Below, in pieces: positions 27,363-37,838 of a stretch of DNA of 64,000 nt. The DNA lies in the NCBI GenBank assembly GCA_965261185.1, contig CBDHCN010000002.1, positions 2,272,813 to 2,336,812 of the forward strand, given 5' to 3'. Both the position numbers and the translations under genes were made by a program. The notes beneath the pieces were generated by a model that did no database searches, had not been told where the DNA came from, and saw only the letters and a list, made by a program, of their open reading frames with translations. Source of the stretch: Candidatus Aldehydirespiratoraceae bacterium. Its GTDB lineage: Bacteria > Actinomycetota > Acidimicrobiia > Acidimicrobiales > Aldehydirespiratoraceae. Every line of letters starts with the position of its first letter. Position 1 is the stretch's first letter.

Positions 27363-27953
27363 TCAGCTTGTGGGTATCCAAGCTGGGCGTTTCGTTTCGT
27401 ACGCCGCTATTTCTTCGAGGTGGCGCATCGTCAATCCGATGTCGTCAAGCCCTTCCAAGAACCGTTGTTGGATGCCTGAAGCGAGGGGGAACGACGTTTC
27501 AAGCCCGATTGCCGGCACTTCAACGCTCAGGCGTTCAACATCAATGGTGATCTCCAAAGTCGGGTCATCAAGCACCGCTTGCATCAACGCGGCGTTGAAC
27601 TCGGTGCCGACTGTGACAGGCACCAAACCGTTTTTGGTGCAGTTGTTGCGGAAAATGTCGGCGAACCGTGGTGAGATGACTGCTTCGAAACCGTATTGCT
27701 GGATAGCCCAAACAGCATGTTCACGTGATGATCCGGTGCCGAAGTTGAGGCCGGCGACAAGAATGTTGGCTGTCGCGTACTGCTCTTGGTTGAGCACAAA
27801 ATCGCGGTCGTCGCGCCATTCCGAGAACAAGCCTTTTTCGAAACCGGTGCGTTCCACGCGTTTGAGCCAGTCGCTGGGGATGATCTGGTCGGTGTCAACG
27901 TCGGCCCGGTCTAGTGGTAGCGCGGTACCGGTGACGATGCGTACTGCTTTCAT
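27363..27953 (-). CDS. leuD: 3-isopropylmalate dehydratase small subunit
   Basis: 196 aa with NFGTGSSREHAVWA. It lies directly downstream of leuC. Confidence 0.9.
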   Translation of the reverse strand: MKAVRIVTGTALPLDRADVDTDQIIPSDWLKRVERTGFEKGLFSEWRDDRDFVLNQEQYATANILVAGLNFGTGSSREHAVWAIQQYGFEAVISPRFADIFRNNCTKNGLVPVTVGTEFNAALMQAVLDDPTLEITIDVERLSVEVPAIGLETSFPLASGIQQRFLEGLDDIGLTMRHLEEIAAYETKRPAWIPTS

Positions 27954-27991
27954 ATTCGATCAAATTCCTTCTGGGAGTCGGGTGGCACCGG

Positions 27992-29401
27992 TTACTTGAG
28001 GTCGGCTGGGGTGGCGAACGTTCCGGCGATTGCGGTAGCGGCGGCGACTGCGGGGGACACCAGATGGGTGCGTCCGCCGCGGCCCTGGCGTCCTTCGAAG
28101 TTGCGGTTGGAGGTGCTGGCAGCCCGTTCCCCTGGTTGGAGCTTGTCGGGATTCATCGCTAAACACATCGAGCAACCTGGTTCACGCCAGTCGAAACCCG
28201 CAGCCCGAAAGACCTCGTCCAGTCCTTCGTTTTCGGCTTGTTCTTTGACTTGACCGGAACCAGGCACAACCAGTGTGCGCACACCGGAGGCAACTTTACG
28301 TCCCGCTGCGACGTTGGCGGCGTCTCGCAGGTCTTCGATCCGGCTGTTGGTGCATGAACCGATGAAGACCGTGTCGACCGGCACTTCGCGCATCGCAGTT
28401 CCGCCTTTCAACCCCATGTATTGCAGTGCTCGGGCTGCGGAGTCGCGGGTGGCGGGGTCGTCGAACGAGTCCGGCGAGGGGATGGCACCATGTAGTGGCA
28501 TGACCTGGGCGGGGTTGGTGCCCCAGGACACATGCGCAGCGATTTCGTTTCCGTCAAGCGTCACATATTCGTCGAAGGCGGCGTCGGGGTCGCTCGGAAG
28601 TTGGCGCCAATCATCCAGCGCGGCTTCCCATGCTGTACCAATGGGTGTTTTTTCGCGTCCTTCGAGATAGCTGAAGGTGGTGTCGTCGGGTGCGATCAAC
28701 CCAGCTTTGGCTCCGCCCTCGATCGACATATTGCATACCGTCATGCGGCCTTCCATCGTGAGTGCGCTGATCACTTCGCCCTGATATTCGATGATTTTGC
28801 CGATCCCTCCGCCGGTGCCGATGCGGCCGATTATCGCCAGGATCACGTCTTTGGCCGTCACCCCATCGGCTAGTTGACCGTCGACGGTGATCGCCATCGT
28901 TCCGGGCCGGGCCTGCAACAGTGTTTGAGTTGCCAGAACGTGTTCAACTTCGCTGGTTCCGATTCCGAAGGCGATCGCACCGAACGCACCGTGGGTGGCC
29001 GTGTGAGAGTCGCCACAAACGATTGTCATACCGGGCTGCGTGAGTCCCTGTTCAGGGCCGATCACATGCACGATTCCTTGTTTGGCGTGCCCCATCGGAT
29101 AGTTGATCACACCAAACTCGCTGGTATTGCGGCGCAGAGTCTCGACCTGGACCCGGCTGATCTCATCAGCTATCGGCTTGTCGATATCCGCGGTGGGCAC
29201 GTTGTGATCTTCGGTGGCGACGGTCAGGTCGGGTCGCCTGACTTTGCGGCCGCTGATACGCAGACCATCGAAAGCTTGCGGCGACGTGACTTCATGTATC
29301 AGATGCAAGTCGATATATAGCAGGTCGGGTTCACCATCGGTCCCCGCGCTGACAATATGGCGATCCCAGATTTTTTCGCTCAGTGTTTTGGGTTCGCTCA
29401 T
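27992..29401 (-). CDS. leuC: 3-isopropylmalate dehydratase large subunit
   Basis: 469 aa with aconitase-family motifs: [18 protein letters not shown] and [10 protein letters not shown]. Confidence 0.92.
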   Translation of the reverse strand: MSEPKTLSEKIWDRHIVSAGTDGEPDLLYIDLHLIHEVTSPQAFDGLRISGRKVRRPDLTVATEDHNVPTADIDKPIADEISRVQVETLRRNTSEFGVINYPMGHAKQGIVHVIGPEQGLTQPGMTIVCGDSHTATHGAFGAIAFGIGTSEVEHVLATQTLLQARPGTMAITVDGQLADGVTAKDVILAIIGRIGTGGGIGKIIEYQGEVISALTMEGRMTVCNMSIEGGAKAGLIAPDDTTFSYLEGREKTPIGTAWEAALDDWRQLPSDPDAAFDEYVTLDGNEIAAHVSWGTNPAQVMPLHGAIPSPDSFDDPATRDSAARALQYMGLKGGTAMREVPVDTVFIGSCTNSRIEDLRDAANVAAGRKVASGVRTLVVPGSGQVKEQAENEGLDEVFRAAGFDWREPGCSMCLAMNPDKLQPGERAASTSNRNFEGRQGRGGRTHLVSPAVAAATAIAGTFATPADLK

Positions 29402-29534
29402 ACCTGACTCTCTTCTTGTTGAACTGCTCGGGTGCCTTGTCTCAGGATACGGTGCGCAGGACCCGGCTGAGTCGTCGAGGATCCCAATGGTCTATTCGGG
29501 TGCCCACCACGTGTCGAGGCGGGGCAGAGCCGAG

Positions 29535-31220
29535 TCAATCTTCAACGGCGGTGAACTCGCGTTGACCGCTGAGCGCGTCTTTCACTACTTTTCCTGCGGC
29601 GTTGCGGGGCAGCGGTTCGCTACGAACATCCCAAAATGTGGGGACTTTGTATGGTGCCAACGATTTGGCAACCCAGGTCTGCAAGTCCTGTGCAGTCAAG
29701 TCAGTGCCGGTCGTTGGCACGACCGACGCGGCCACGATCTGGCCTGTCAACTTGTCATCGAGCCCGTATACGGCGACCTCTGACACTGCGGGATGGTCTT
29801 CGATGCGGTATTCGACTTCGTTCGGGTACACGTTTTCGCCGTTGTGAAGGATCATGTCGCGGGCTCGGCTGTCGATGGTCAAAATCCCGTCTTCGAGCCG
29901 TCCGATGTCACCGGTGTCAAGCCAGAAATCGTTGTCGATAGTTTCGGCGGTGGCTTTGTCGTCGTTCCAGTAGCCGAGCATCGTGTAGGCGCTTTTCGCC
30001 ATGATGCGCCCGTTTTCGCCGTCAGGTAACACCGTGCCGTCGTCGTCTCGGATTTCGACTTGCATGGTTGGTAGGACCCAGCCGGCAGCTTCGGGTCGAG
30101 CTTTCATATCGGCGCCCCCGTGGGAGGCGACCACACCAACGGTTTCGCTTGAGCCGTAGCCGATACCGACGTTGCTTGCCGTGGTCGGCAGGGTGTCGCG
30201 AACCCGTTGGGCGAGGTCGGGGCTGACGGGTGCACCACCAAAACCGACGTTGGTCAAACTGGATGTGTCGGTCAGTCCTTCGGCTGCTTCGTCGAGCACT
30301 CGTGGCCCCATCGACCCGATCAAACTCCACACGGTGGCGCGTTCTTTTTCGACTAGTCGAAGGCCCGCTGCCGGGTCGAAACGACCAGTGCGGAAGATCA
30401 GCGTCCCGCCTGCGACCATGTTGATGAGAGTCGAACCTGACAGCCCCGACACGTGAAACAGCGGCGAGGTCATCATCACCCGCGGTGGGACGCTCGACCG
30501 GTCGGGTGCTGGTTGTCCGCCTGCTTCGGCCTCGGCTGCGGCTTGCATCATCCTGACCGCGCCGTTCAGCATCTGGATCTCGACAAAACCGACGAGGCCC
30601 CGATGGCTGGCGGTCGCCCCTTTGGAACGGCCGGTTGTGCCGCTGGTGAAAAAGATCGACACCGGGTCATCTTCGGTTAGTTCAACTGTTGGGAACTGGT
30701 GCGCGCCGACATCGCGTTGCAGCCGCCGGCGCTCGGCGTCCATGTCGACGAGCGGCGCCGAAACTGAGTCTGGTACTCGGGCGAGCCGCTTGTCGTCACC
30801 GAGTATCAGTTTCGGTGTTGTCAACTCGGTTGCGTGAACGATCTCATCTGGGGTCCACCAGCCGTTGTAAAGCGCGACGATTGCCCCGGAACTCACGAGC
30901 GCGAAATAGGCGATCACCCAATCTGGAGAGTTGGCGGCCAAAATACCGACACGGTCTCCTTTGCTTATGCCGTGATCCGCGCTCAAAGCTGCGGATTCGG
31001 CAGCTACCAGGTCGACGAACTGGTCATGGGTGATGCGCCTGTCGTCGAGCACCAAAAACTCGCGGTCGCCGTGCGCCCTACATCCTTCAACAAAATCCCG
31101 CAGCGTTTTTCGGCGGTTGACAAGAACGGGCACGTCGTGACCCCGCACGTTTTCAACCTGCACAGGAAAATAGCCGTCGGGGCCCGTTAGCCCTTGAAGC
31201 ACCTCATCTCGAAGCGACAT
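29535..31220 (-). CDS. AMP-dependent acyl-CoA synthetase/ligase
   Basis: 561 aa with FFTSGTTGRSKGA, YGSSET and LDTGDIG motifs. Confidence 0.85.
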   Translation of the reverse strand: MSLRDEVLQGLTGPDGYFPVQVENVRGHDVPVLVNRRKTLRDFVEGCRAHGDREFLVLDDRRITHDQFVDLVAAESAALSADHGISKGDRVGILAANSPDWVIAYFALVSSGAIVALYNGWWTPDEIVHATELTTPKLILGDDKRLARVPDSVSAPLVDMDAERRRLQRDVGAHQFPTVELTEDDPVSIFFTSGTTGRSKGATASHRGLVGFVEIQMLNGAVRMMQAAAEAEAGGQPAPDRSSVPPRVMMTSPLFHVSGLSGSTLINMVAGGTLIFRTGRFDPAAGLRLVEKERATVWSLIGSMGPRVLDEAAEGLTDTSSLTNVGFGGAPVSPDLAQRVRDTLPTTASNVGIGYGSSETVGVVASHGGADMKARPEAAGWVLPTMQVEIRDDDGTVLPDGENGRIMAKSAYTMLGYWNDDKATAETIDNDFWLDTGDIGRLEDGILTIDSRARDMILHNGENVYPNEVEYRIEDHPAVSEVAVYGLDDKLTGQIVAASVVPTTGTDLTAQDLQTWVAKSLAPYKVPTFWDVRSEPLPRNAAGKVVKDALSGQREFTAVED

Positions 31221-31262
31221 GGTTCGGACCGTAGCGGAAGCCGAGTCACCGGCGATAACCGG

Positions 31263-31733
31263 TCAGGTGATCTCGACTACGGAGACCTTCAGCGACATGC
31301 CGGTGGGTGCTTCATATTCGACAACATCGCCGATAGTGGACCCGAGGAGCGCTGCACCCATGGGTGAAGCTGGCGACACCACCATCAGATCTTCGGGTTT
31401 TTCCTCGATCGACCCGACCAGATATTTTTCGGGCACGCTGTCGCCTTCGAACACGATCGACACGATCGAACCAGCACCGACCGTGCTGCCGTTGTTGTTG
31501 GCTTCGACGATCACCGCGTTCTCAATGACATGGGCGAGGTGCATGATCCGCCCTTCCATTTTCCCTTTGTCTTCTTTGGCTGCGTGATAATCGCCGTTTT
31601 CTGATAGATCGCCGAGCGCGCGAGCTGCCTCAATCTTTTGGGAGAGTTCAATACGCCCGCGGGTGGTCAAGTCGTCATGTTCGGCTTTGAGGCGATCAAA
31701 TGCCGTCTGTGAAAGCTGCTGTACGTTCGCCAT
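31263..31733 (-). CDS. greA: transcription elongation factor GreA
   Basis: 156 aa with GDLSENGDYHAAKE (the conserved acidic tip of the coiled coil) and a C-terminal globular domain. Confidence 0.9.
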   Translation of the reverse strand: MANVQQLSQTAFDRLKAEHDDLTTRGRIELSQKIEAARALGDLSENGDYHAAKEDKGKMEGRIMHLAHVIENAVIVEANNNGSTVGAGSIVSIVFEGDSVPEKYLVGSIEEKPEDLMVVSPASPMGAALLGSTIGDVVEYEAPTGMSLKVSVVEIT

Positions 31734-31855
31734 CCCAAGAAATCTAGCGCGATACCAGTGGGCCGCGGCCGCTCAACCGTCTCAAGCTCAGCACAGCATC
31801 GGTCGGTCGGCGAGACTACACATGTGTCTGGTGGTTATCGTGCCGCTGTTGGAGG

Positions 31856-33175
31856 GTGATGGTGTCGGATCCGACGATTCTTGATGTGGGTGTGGTGGGG
31901 GCAGGGCCGGCGGGTCTCATCTTGGCTCGTCGGCTCAGTGAAACTTCGGCGAGCTTCGCGATATTTGAGCGCAATACGGATGTGGGTGGCATTTGGGATA
32001 TTGACGCTGTGGGTTCACCGATTTATGAGTCGGCCCATTTCATCTCGTCGCGAACCCTGTCGGGTTTCGCGGGTTACCCGATGCCCGACGACTTCCCGGA
32101 CTACCCCGACCATCGCCAGCTACTCGACTACATACGTTCGTTTGCTGACGAGTTTGATCTTCGCCGTAACATTCGTTTCGGTGTAGCGGTCGACAAAGCT
32201 GTTCTCACTGCCGACGGACTCTGGGAACTGCAGTTCGACAACGGTGATATGCGTCTTTGCCGTTATTTGGTCTGCGCTAATGGTGTGACCTGGGTGCCTA
32301 ATTTGGTGGGTTGGCCCGGTGAGTTCAATGGGGTGATTCGCCATGCTGTCAGTTACCGCTCACCGAAAGAGTTCGAGGGGAAACGGGTTTTGGTGGTGGG
32401 GGCCGGCAACTCTGGCGCGGATATTGCTTGTGACGCTTCGTTTAGCGCTGATCAGGCGTTTTTGAGTGTGCGCCGTGGCTATCACTTCATCCCCAAGCAC
32501 ATCATCGGCATGCCTTCCGACGTGTTCGCGTCGCAAGGCCCGTCGTTGCCGCACTGGTTGGAGGTCCGGGTTTTTGGGGTGATGTTGCGGATGATCAACG
32601 GCGATCTGCGCCGTTTTGGTTTGCCGAAACCCGACCACCGGATTTTTGAGTCTCATCCTTTGATGAACACCCAGGTACTTCATTATTTGGGCCACGGCGA
32701 CTGCATCGCCAAACCTGACGTCGAGCGTTTCGACGGCGACCATGTGGTCTTTGTCGACGGTAGCCGCGAACAGATCGATTTGGTGATCACAGCAACCGGC
32801 TATCAGCACGAGATCCCGTTTCTCAACCCGGGCGTGCTGTCGTTCAAAGGTGGCCGCCCCGACCTCTACTTGGGGATTTTTTCGCGAAGCCATCTGAACC
32901 TTGCCGCTCTGGGTTTTATCGAGTTCGCTTCGGCCGCCTATGACAATTTCGACAAGATGGCCGAACTCATCGTCGCCGACGCCACCGCTGCCGCGGGATC
33001 GGCTACCGCGCAGGCATTCCGGCATCTGAAAGCCACCGACCGTCCCGACTTGAAAGCTGGTCACCGCTACGTTGACTCTGACCGGCACTCCAACTATGTC
33101 GAAGTGAGTACATATTTGAAGCTCCTCGACAACGTGAAGACAAAAGTCGGCCTCACTGAAAGCAACCAGCGATGA
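31856..33175 (+). CDS. flavin-containing monooxygenase (class B FAD/NADPH-dependent)
   Basis: VGVVGAGPAGL (FAD GxGxxG), VLVVGAGNSGADIA (NADPH GxGxxG) and a late ATGY motif. Confidence 0.75.
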   Translation: MMVSDPTILDVGVVGAGPAGLILARRLSETSASFAIFERNTDVGGIWDIDAVGSPIYESAHFISSRTLSGFAGYPMPDDFPDYPDHRQLLDYIRSFADEFDLRRNIRFGVAVDKAVLTADGLWELQFDNGDMRLCRYLVCANGVTWVPNLVGWPGEFNGVIRHAVSYRSPKEFEGKRVLVVGAGNSGADIACDASFSADQAFLSVRRGYHFIPKHIIGMPSDVFASQGPSLPHWLEVRVFGVMLRMINGDLRRFGLPKPDHRIFESHPLMNTQVLHYLGHGDCIAKPDVERFDGDHVVFVDGSREQIDLVITATGYQHEIPFLNPGVLSFKGGRPDLYLGIFSRSHLNLAALGFIEFASAAYDNFDKMAELIVADATAAAGSATAQAFRHLKATDRPDLKAGHRYVDSDRHSNYVEVSTYLKLLDNVKTKVGLTESNQR

Positions 33176-33984
33176 CCCGCAGCAGCGCTCTCATCACCGG
33201 TACCGCTTCGGGTATCGGAGCCGAAGTGGCCCGCCGTTTTGCCGAGCGGGGCTTTCACATAATCGCCGTGGACCGTACGCCCGAACTAGCCGAGCGCACC
33301 GCTACCGATATCGGTGCGGCGGTGACCGCTGTGGGTTGTGACCTTTCTGATCAGCAACAAACCGGCGTTCTGTGCGAGCGGATTGCTGGCGAATGGCGTG
33401 ACGATCTTGACGTTCTGGTGTGCAACGCCGGCGTGCTGATCCCCGCTGACATAGCCGATCTGAGCGCTGACGACATTGATCTTCACCTTGATGTCTTGTT
33501 GCGCAACCCGATGCAGTTGATTCGTGCCGCGTTGGGTGTGTTCCTAGACCGGAACCGTGGTCACATCATGGCCACCGTCTCCATGGGAGGAATCTGCCCG
33601 CTGCCGGCATCTGCTCCGTACTCTGCGGCCAAGGCAGGTTTGCGGGCGTTTCTCGCTGCTCTCAACTCAGAGGTTTCTCACACCAACGTGGCGATCAGCG
33701 GGATTTATCCCACCGCGGTCAACACTCCGATGCTGCAGCACGAGGCCCGCTCGGGCGGCAGCGCACTCAATTTTTTGAGTGCCGTCAAGACGGTCGATGA
33801 TGTGGCCGACGCCTACGAACGGGCCCTCGCCAAACCCAAGCTTGAGATATACGTCCCCTATCACGAAAGCCTTTCCGCACGCGCCGCGTTGTGGACCCCG
33901 TCGCTAATCCCACGACTCATCCCCTTTTTCAACCGCATCGGAGAACGCGGCCGAAAGAAGTACCTCGCCCAACTCGACCCCTAG
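33172..33984 (+). CDS. SDR family oxidoreductase
   Basis: TGTASGIG cofactor motif, NAG and YSAAK catalytic motif. There is a 4-nt overlap with the FMO gene. Confidence 0.8.
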   Translation: MTRSSALITGTASGIGAEVARRFAERGFHIIAVDRTPELAERTATDIGAAVTAVGCDLSDQQQTGVLCERIAGEWRDDLDVLVCNAGVLIPADIADLSADDIDLHLDVLLRNPMQLIRAALGVFLDRNRGHIMATVSMGGICPLPASAPYSAAKAGLRAFLAALNSEVSHTNVAISGIYPTAVNTPMLQHEARSGGSALNFLSAVKTVDDVADAYERALAKPKLEIYVPYHESLSARAALWTPSLIPRLIPFFNRIGERGRKKYLAQLDP

Positions 33985-34072
33985 CCCCTCAAATTGCAGA
34001 TGACGACGGGGAATGCAGGGGGTACACTCGGGGGATGGGATCACACGGCCCGTTGATCGTAGTTATTTCGTA

Positions 34073-34129
34073 GCGCACGCCCGTTGTGGCGTGCGCCCGA
34101 CCGTCCACTTCGGTGGGCGGTTTTCTTTT
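34073..34129 (+). terminator. two adjacent GC hairpins followed by a T-tract (intrinsic-terminator-like), 33 nt upstream of leuB
   Basis: The first hairpin is gcgcacgcc-cgttgt-ggcgtgcgc (34073-34096). The second is ccgtccac-ttcg-gtgggcgg (34101-34120), followed by ttttctttt. Confidence 0.5.
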
Positions 34130-34161
34130 GCCCCCAACAACCAGCGAATGAGAAGAAGAAC

Positions 34162-35172
34162 ATGACCCATCGAGTGGGAATAGTGGGCGGCGACGGTATC
34201 GGCCCGGAAGTCATAGCCGAAGGCTTGAAGGTCATAGCCGCGGCAGGGGTCGAAATTGACGCGGTCAACTACGACCTCGGCGGCAGCCGCTACCTGAAAG
34301 ACGGCGTTGTGCTGACCGATGAGATAGTTGACGAGTGGCGCGCCCTTGACGCCGTCTATGTCGGGGCGGTTGGAACCCCTGATGTACCGCCCGGAGTTAT
34401 TGAGCGAGGACTTCTGCTCAAAATGCGCTTCGACCTTGACCTCTACATCAACTACAGGCCTTTCAGTTGCGGACCCGACAGCGCCAACACCAGTCCGATG
34501 TCGGGGGGTGAGGACACAGAGTTCGACTTTGTCGTCATCCGCGAGAACACTGAGGGCACTTACGCTGGTGAAGGTGGGTTTCTGCGCAAGAACACCCCCC
34601 ACGAGATTGCCACTCAGGGGTCGGTCAACACCCGTGTCGGTGTTGAACGGTGCGTTCGTTATGCGTTCGAGTTGGCGTTGCAGCGGCGCAAACACCTGAC
34701 GCTGGTTCACAAAACCAACGTGTTGACGTTCTCGGGTGACCTTTGGGAACGGACTTTCAACGAGGTGGCCGACGAGTACCCGGGAGTGGAAACGGCCTAC
34801 AACCATGTCGATGCGGCCTGCATCTACTTTGTGGATGATCCGCAGCGCTACGACGTCATCGTCACCGACAATCTTTTCGGCGACATCTTGACAGACCTCG
34901 GCGGGGCTGTGAGCGGCGGGATTGGTTTCGCGGCGTCGGCCAACTTGCATCCTGGGCGGGTTTCCATGTTTGAACCGGTCCACGGATCTGCTCCCGACAT
35001 TGTGGGCACCGGCAAAGCCAACCCCACAGCTGCAATATTGTCTGGCGCGTTGATGCTTGACCATCTCGGCGAGGACCAGGCTGCTGAGAGGATCCGCAAG
35101 GCCTGCAATAATCCTGATTCTCTCAGCGGATCAACCACAGAAATAGGCGACGTCATCGCCGCTCGCTTGTAG
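34162..35172 (+). CDS. leuB: 3-isopropylmalate dehydrogenase
   Basis: MTHRVGIVGGDGIGPEV, a LVHKTNVL-type motif, NLFGDILTDLGG and GSAPDI. The ATG at 34162 is chosen by homology logic. Confidence 0.9.
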   Translation: MTHRVGIVGGDGIGPEVIAEGLKVIAAAGVEIDAVNYDLGGSRYLKDGVVLTDEIVDEWRALDAVYVGAVGTPDVPPGVIERGLLLKMRFDLDLYINYRPFSCGPDSANTSPMSGGEDTEFDFVVIRENTEGTYAGEGGFLRKNTPHEIATQGSVNTRVGVERCVRYAFELALQRRKHLTLVHKTNVLTFSGDLWERTFNEVADEYPGVETAYNHVDAACIYFVDDPQRYDVIVTDNLFGDILTDLGGAVSGGIGFAASANLHPGRVSMFEPVHGSAPDIVGTGKANPTAAILSGALMLDHLGEDQAAERIRKACNNPDSLSGSTTEIGDVIAARL

Positions 35173-35180
35173 GAGGCACA

Positions 35181-36098
35181 ATGCCCATCACTCCCACCCC
35201 CCACATCTGGATGAACGGCGAGATGGTGCCGTGGGAACAAGCGCAGATCCATGTGCTCTCCCACACGCTGCATTATGGAACTGGCGTATTCGAAGGTATT
35301 CGTGCCTATGAGACTGCTGATGGGCCAGCCATTTTTCGGCTCACCGAGCACATTGAGCGTCTTTTCAACTCGGCCCGAATCCTCAACATGCCGATGCCGT
35401 ACTCGATTCCTGAAATCGTTCAGGCATGCAAAGATGTCGTAGCCGACACTGGGCTGAGCAGCTGTTATCTACGCCCAATTGCTTATTTTGGTTATGGCGA
35501 GATGGGTTTGTCGATTGAACATTGCAAGACCGACATCGCCATCGCCGCCTGGCCCTGGGGTGCATACCTCGGTGATGATGCCGCAACCAAGGGTGTGCGC
35601 ATGAAGATCTCGTCGTGGAAGCGCCACGACCACAACATCATGCCGCCCGCTTCCAAAACCACCGGCAACTACGCCAACTCAACCTTGGCCAAAATGGAAG
35701 CCCTGGCCGCGGGTTACGACGAGGCGATCATGCTCAACAATGCTGGTTTGGTCTCCGAATGCAGCGGCGAGAACATTTTCGTGGGTCTCGGTGATGTGGT
35801 CTACACCCCGCCAACTTCGGCGGGCGCATTGAAAGGAATCACCCAGGACACCGTTGCCGCACTGGCAACAGACATGGGAATCAACATCGCTGTCGGTGAA
35901 ATGTCCCGCAACGACCTCTACGTAGCGGATGAGATATTTGTTGTCGGTACCGCCGCAGAAGTCAGCGCAGTGAACTCAGTTGATGATCGTGCCATCCCCT
36001 GCCCGGGTCCCGCCACCAAAGCCATCGCGGAGGCGTATGCCGAGGTTGTGAGGGGCAAAAACCCGAAGTACCGATCATGGAACGAGCTGGCGTCATGA
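35181..36098 (+). CDS. ilvE: branched-chain amino acid aminotransferase (class IV)
   Basis: 305 aa with HYGTGVFEGIRAY, a lysine context (ASKTTGNYANS) and ECSGENIF. Confidence 0.88.
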   Translation: MPITPTPHIWMNGEMVPWEQAQIHVLSHTLHYGTGVFEGIRAYETADGPAIFRLTEHIERLFNSARILNMPMPYSIPEIVQACKDVVADTGLSSCYLRPIAYFGYGEMGLSIEHCKTDIAIAAWPWGAYLGDDAATKGVRMKISSWKRHDHNIMPPASKTTGNYANSTLAKMEALAAGYDEAIMLNNAGLVSECSGENIFVGLGDVVYTPPTSAGALKGITQDTVAALATDMGINIAVGEMSRNDLYVADEIFVVGTAAEVSAVNSVDDRAIPCPGPATKAIAEAYAEVVRGKNPKYRSWNELAS

Positions 36099-37747
36099 CC
36101 GAACCCGAGGCATCGATCGAACGCGCGGGGGTTCGAGACCAGGCTTGGCCAGAACAAGTCGAGATTTACGACACCACGCTGCGTGACGGCTCGCAGCTAG
36201 AAGGAATATCGCTCACTGTTGACGACAAACTGCGGATCGCGGAACAACTTGACCTGCTCGGCGTCGCTTATATCGAGGGCGGTTACCCGGGTGCTAACCC
36301 TAAAGACGACGAGTTCTTCGAGCGCGCCAAAACCGAACTGCATTTGACTACCAGCAAGTTTGTGGCTTTCGGCTCGACCAGACGCCCACGTGGAAAGGTT
36401 GATTCTGACAACTCGCTGGCCAATCTGGTGGCCGCCGGGACCGAGGTCGTGTGCATCGTCGGCAAGTGTTGGGACTATCACGTCACCGAGGCGCTTGGTA
36501 CGACGCTTGATGAGGGCGTGGCGATGGTCGCCGATTCCGTGGCCTTCTTGGTAGCTGCTGGTAAACGGGTGTTTTTCGATGCTGAACACTTCTTTGACGG
36601 CTACAAACGAAACCCTGAGTTCAGCCTTCGAGTGCTCGAACAGGCTGCTATTGCGGGGGTTGAAGCGGTGGTGTTGTGTGACACCAACGGTGGTTCGTTG
36701 CCTCCCGAAATCGAACGAGCCGTGGCTGATGTGATCGCTCACGTGGACTGCGGTGTCGGTATCCACCTTCACAACGACACCGGCTGCGGCGTAGCCAATG
36801 CTCTAGCGGCCGTGCGGGTCGGAGCCACCCAGGTTCAAGGCACGATCAACGGTTACGGCGAGCGGGTTGGTAACTGTGATTTGGTCCCGATCATGGCCAA
36901 CCTCGAATTGAAGATGGGTATTGAGTGTCTTCCCGAAGGTCGTATTGCTCGGTTGACCTCGGTGTCACACCACATCGCTGAGCTGGTCAATTTCACTCCC
37001 GACGCGCAGCAGCCTTATGTGGGTTCCTCGGCGTTCGCGCACAAAGCCGGCCTTCACACCAGCGCTTTGAATCGGCGACCTGATGCCTACGAACACGTTG
37101 AACCGGAGTCGGTGGGCAACGGTACGCGCATTGTGGTCTCAGAAATGGCCGGGCGCTCGACTCTGGCAATGAAAGCAAAGAACCTGGGTCTTGAGATCGA
37201 CGGGAAGGTTCTCGGTGATGTCGTCGTGACCCTCAAGGAGCTTGAGCATCTGGGCTATCACTTCGAAGTCGCAGATGCTTCCCTTGAGTTGTTGATGCGC
37301 GGCGCGGCCGGTTGGGAACAACCCTATTTCAACCTAGAGTCGTTTTCGGTCGACATGGCCCATCGTTCCGGCACCGGTGCCCGCTTGTGGAACGACGTAA
37401 CGGTCGATGTGGAGACTGAGGCCACCGTCAAGATCTGGGTTGACGGTAAACGCCGAATCGCGGTGGGGGAGGGCAACGGTCCTGTCAACGCACTCGACGC
37501 GGCCGTGCGCTCGGCTCTGAACGGTCGCTATCCGGAGATCGATCGAGTGTCGCTCACTGACTTCAAGGTTCGGGTGCTCAACACTGAGCAGGGAACCGGC
37601 GCGGTGACGCGTGTGCTGTTAGACAGCACTAACGGCGAGCGCTCATGGTCAACTATCGGCGTTTCTGAGAACATCATTGAGGCGTCGTGGCAGGCGCTCA
37701 TCGATTCCCTCGTCTACGGCTTACTCATAGCCGACGAGCAGCCCTGA
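36095..37747 (+). CDS. cimA: citramalate synthase / LeuA-family (type 2) synthase
   Basis: VEIYDTTLRDGSQLEGISLTV, HLHNDTGCGVANAL and a C-terminal LeuA-dimer-like domain. ATGA overlap with ilvE. Distinguishing CimA from LeuA needs phylogeny. Confidence 0.75.
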   Translation: MTEPEASIERAGVRDQAWPEQVEIYDTTLRDGSQLEGISLTVDDKLRIAEQLDLLGVAYIEGGYPGANPKDDEFFERAKTELHLTTSKFVAFGSTRRPRGKVDSDNSLANLVAAGTEVVCIVGKCWDYHVTEALGTTLDEGVAMVADSVAFLVAAGKRVFFDAEHFFDGYKRNPEFSLRVLEQAAIAGVEAVVLCDTNGGSLPPEIERAVADVIAHVDCGVGIHLHNDTGCGVANALAAVRVGATQVQGTINGYGERVGNCDLVPIMANLELKMGIECLPEGRIARLTSVSHHIAELVNFTPDAQQPYVGSSAFAHKAGLHTSALNRRPDAYEHVEPESVGNGTRIVVSEMAGRSTLAMKAKNLGLEIDGKVLGDVVVTLKELEHLGYHFEVADASLELLMRGAAGWEQPYFNLESFSVDMAHRSGTGARLWNDVTVDVETEATVKIWVDGKRRIAVGEGNGPVNALDAAVRSALNGRYPEIDRVSLTDFKVRVLNTEQGTGAVTRVLLDSTNGERSWSTIGVSENIIEASWQALIDSLVYGLLIADEQP

Positions 37748-37754
37748 TTCCCCG

Positions 37755-37801
37755 AAATCTGCGCGATTAGCTACATCCTGTGTGGTTTAACGCGCAGATT
37801 T
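37755..37801. repeat. 47-bp palindromic element, copy 1 (aaatctgcgcg...cgcgcagattt)
   Basis: Perfect 11-bp terminal inverted repeat, 8 nt after the cimA stop. Related copies occur at 62439 and 63482. Confidence 0.85.
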
Positions 37802-37838
37802 GGTGTGTGGCCCCAACCGCTCCGGCGCCCGGCGTTGC

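Noticed and set aside
33985-34161. Classical leucine leader-peptide attenuator upstream of leuB
   Set aside because: The only short ORF in the leader (MTTGNAGGTLGGWDHTAR) has no run of Leu codons. The hairpins are reported only as terminator-like.
34063-35064. 333-aa minus-strand ORF
   Set aside because: It is entirely antisense to leuB, which has unambiguous motifs. The Arg/Val-rich composition is typical of high-GC shadow frames.
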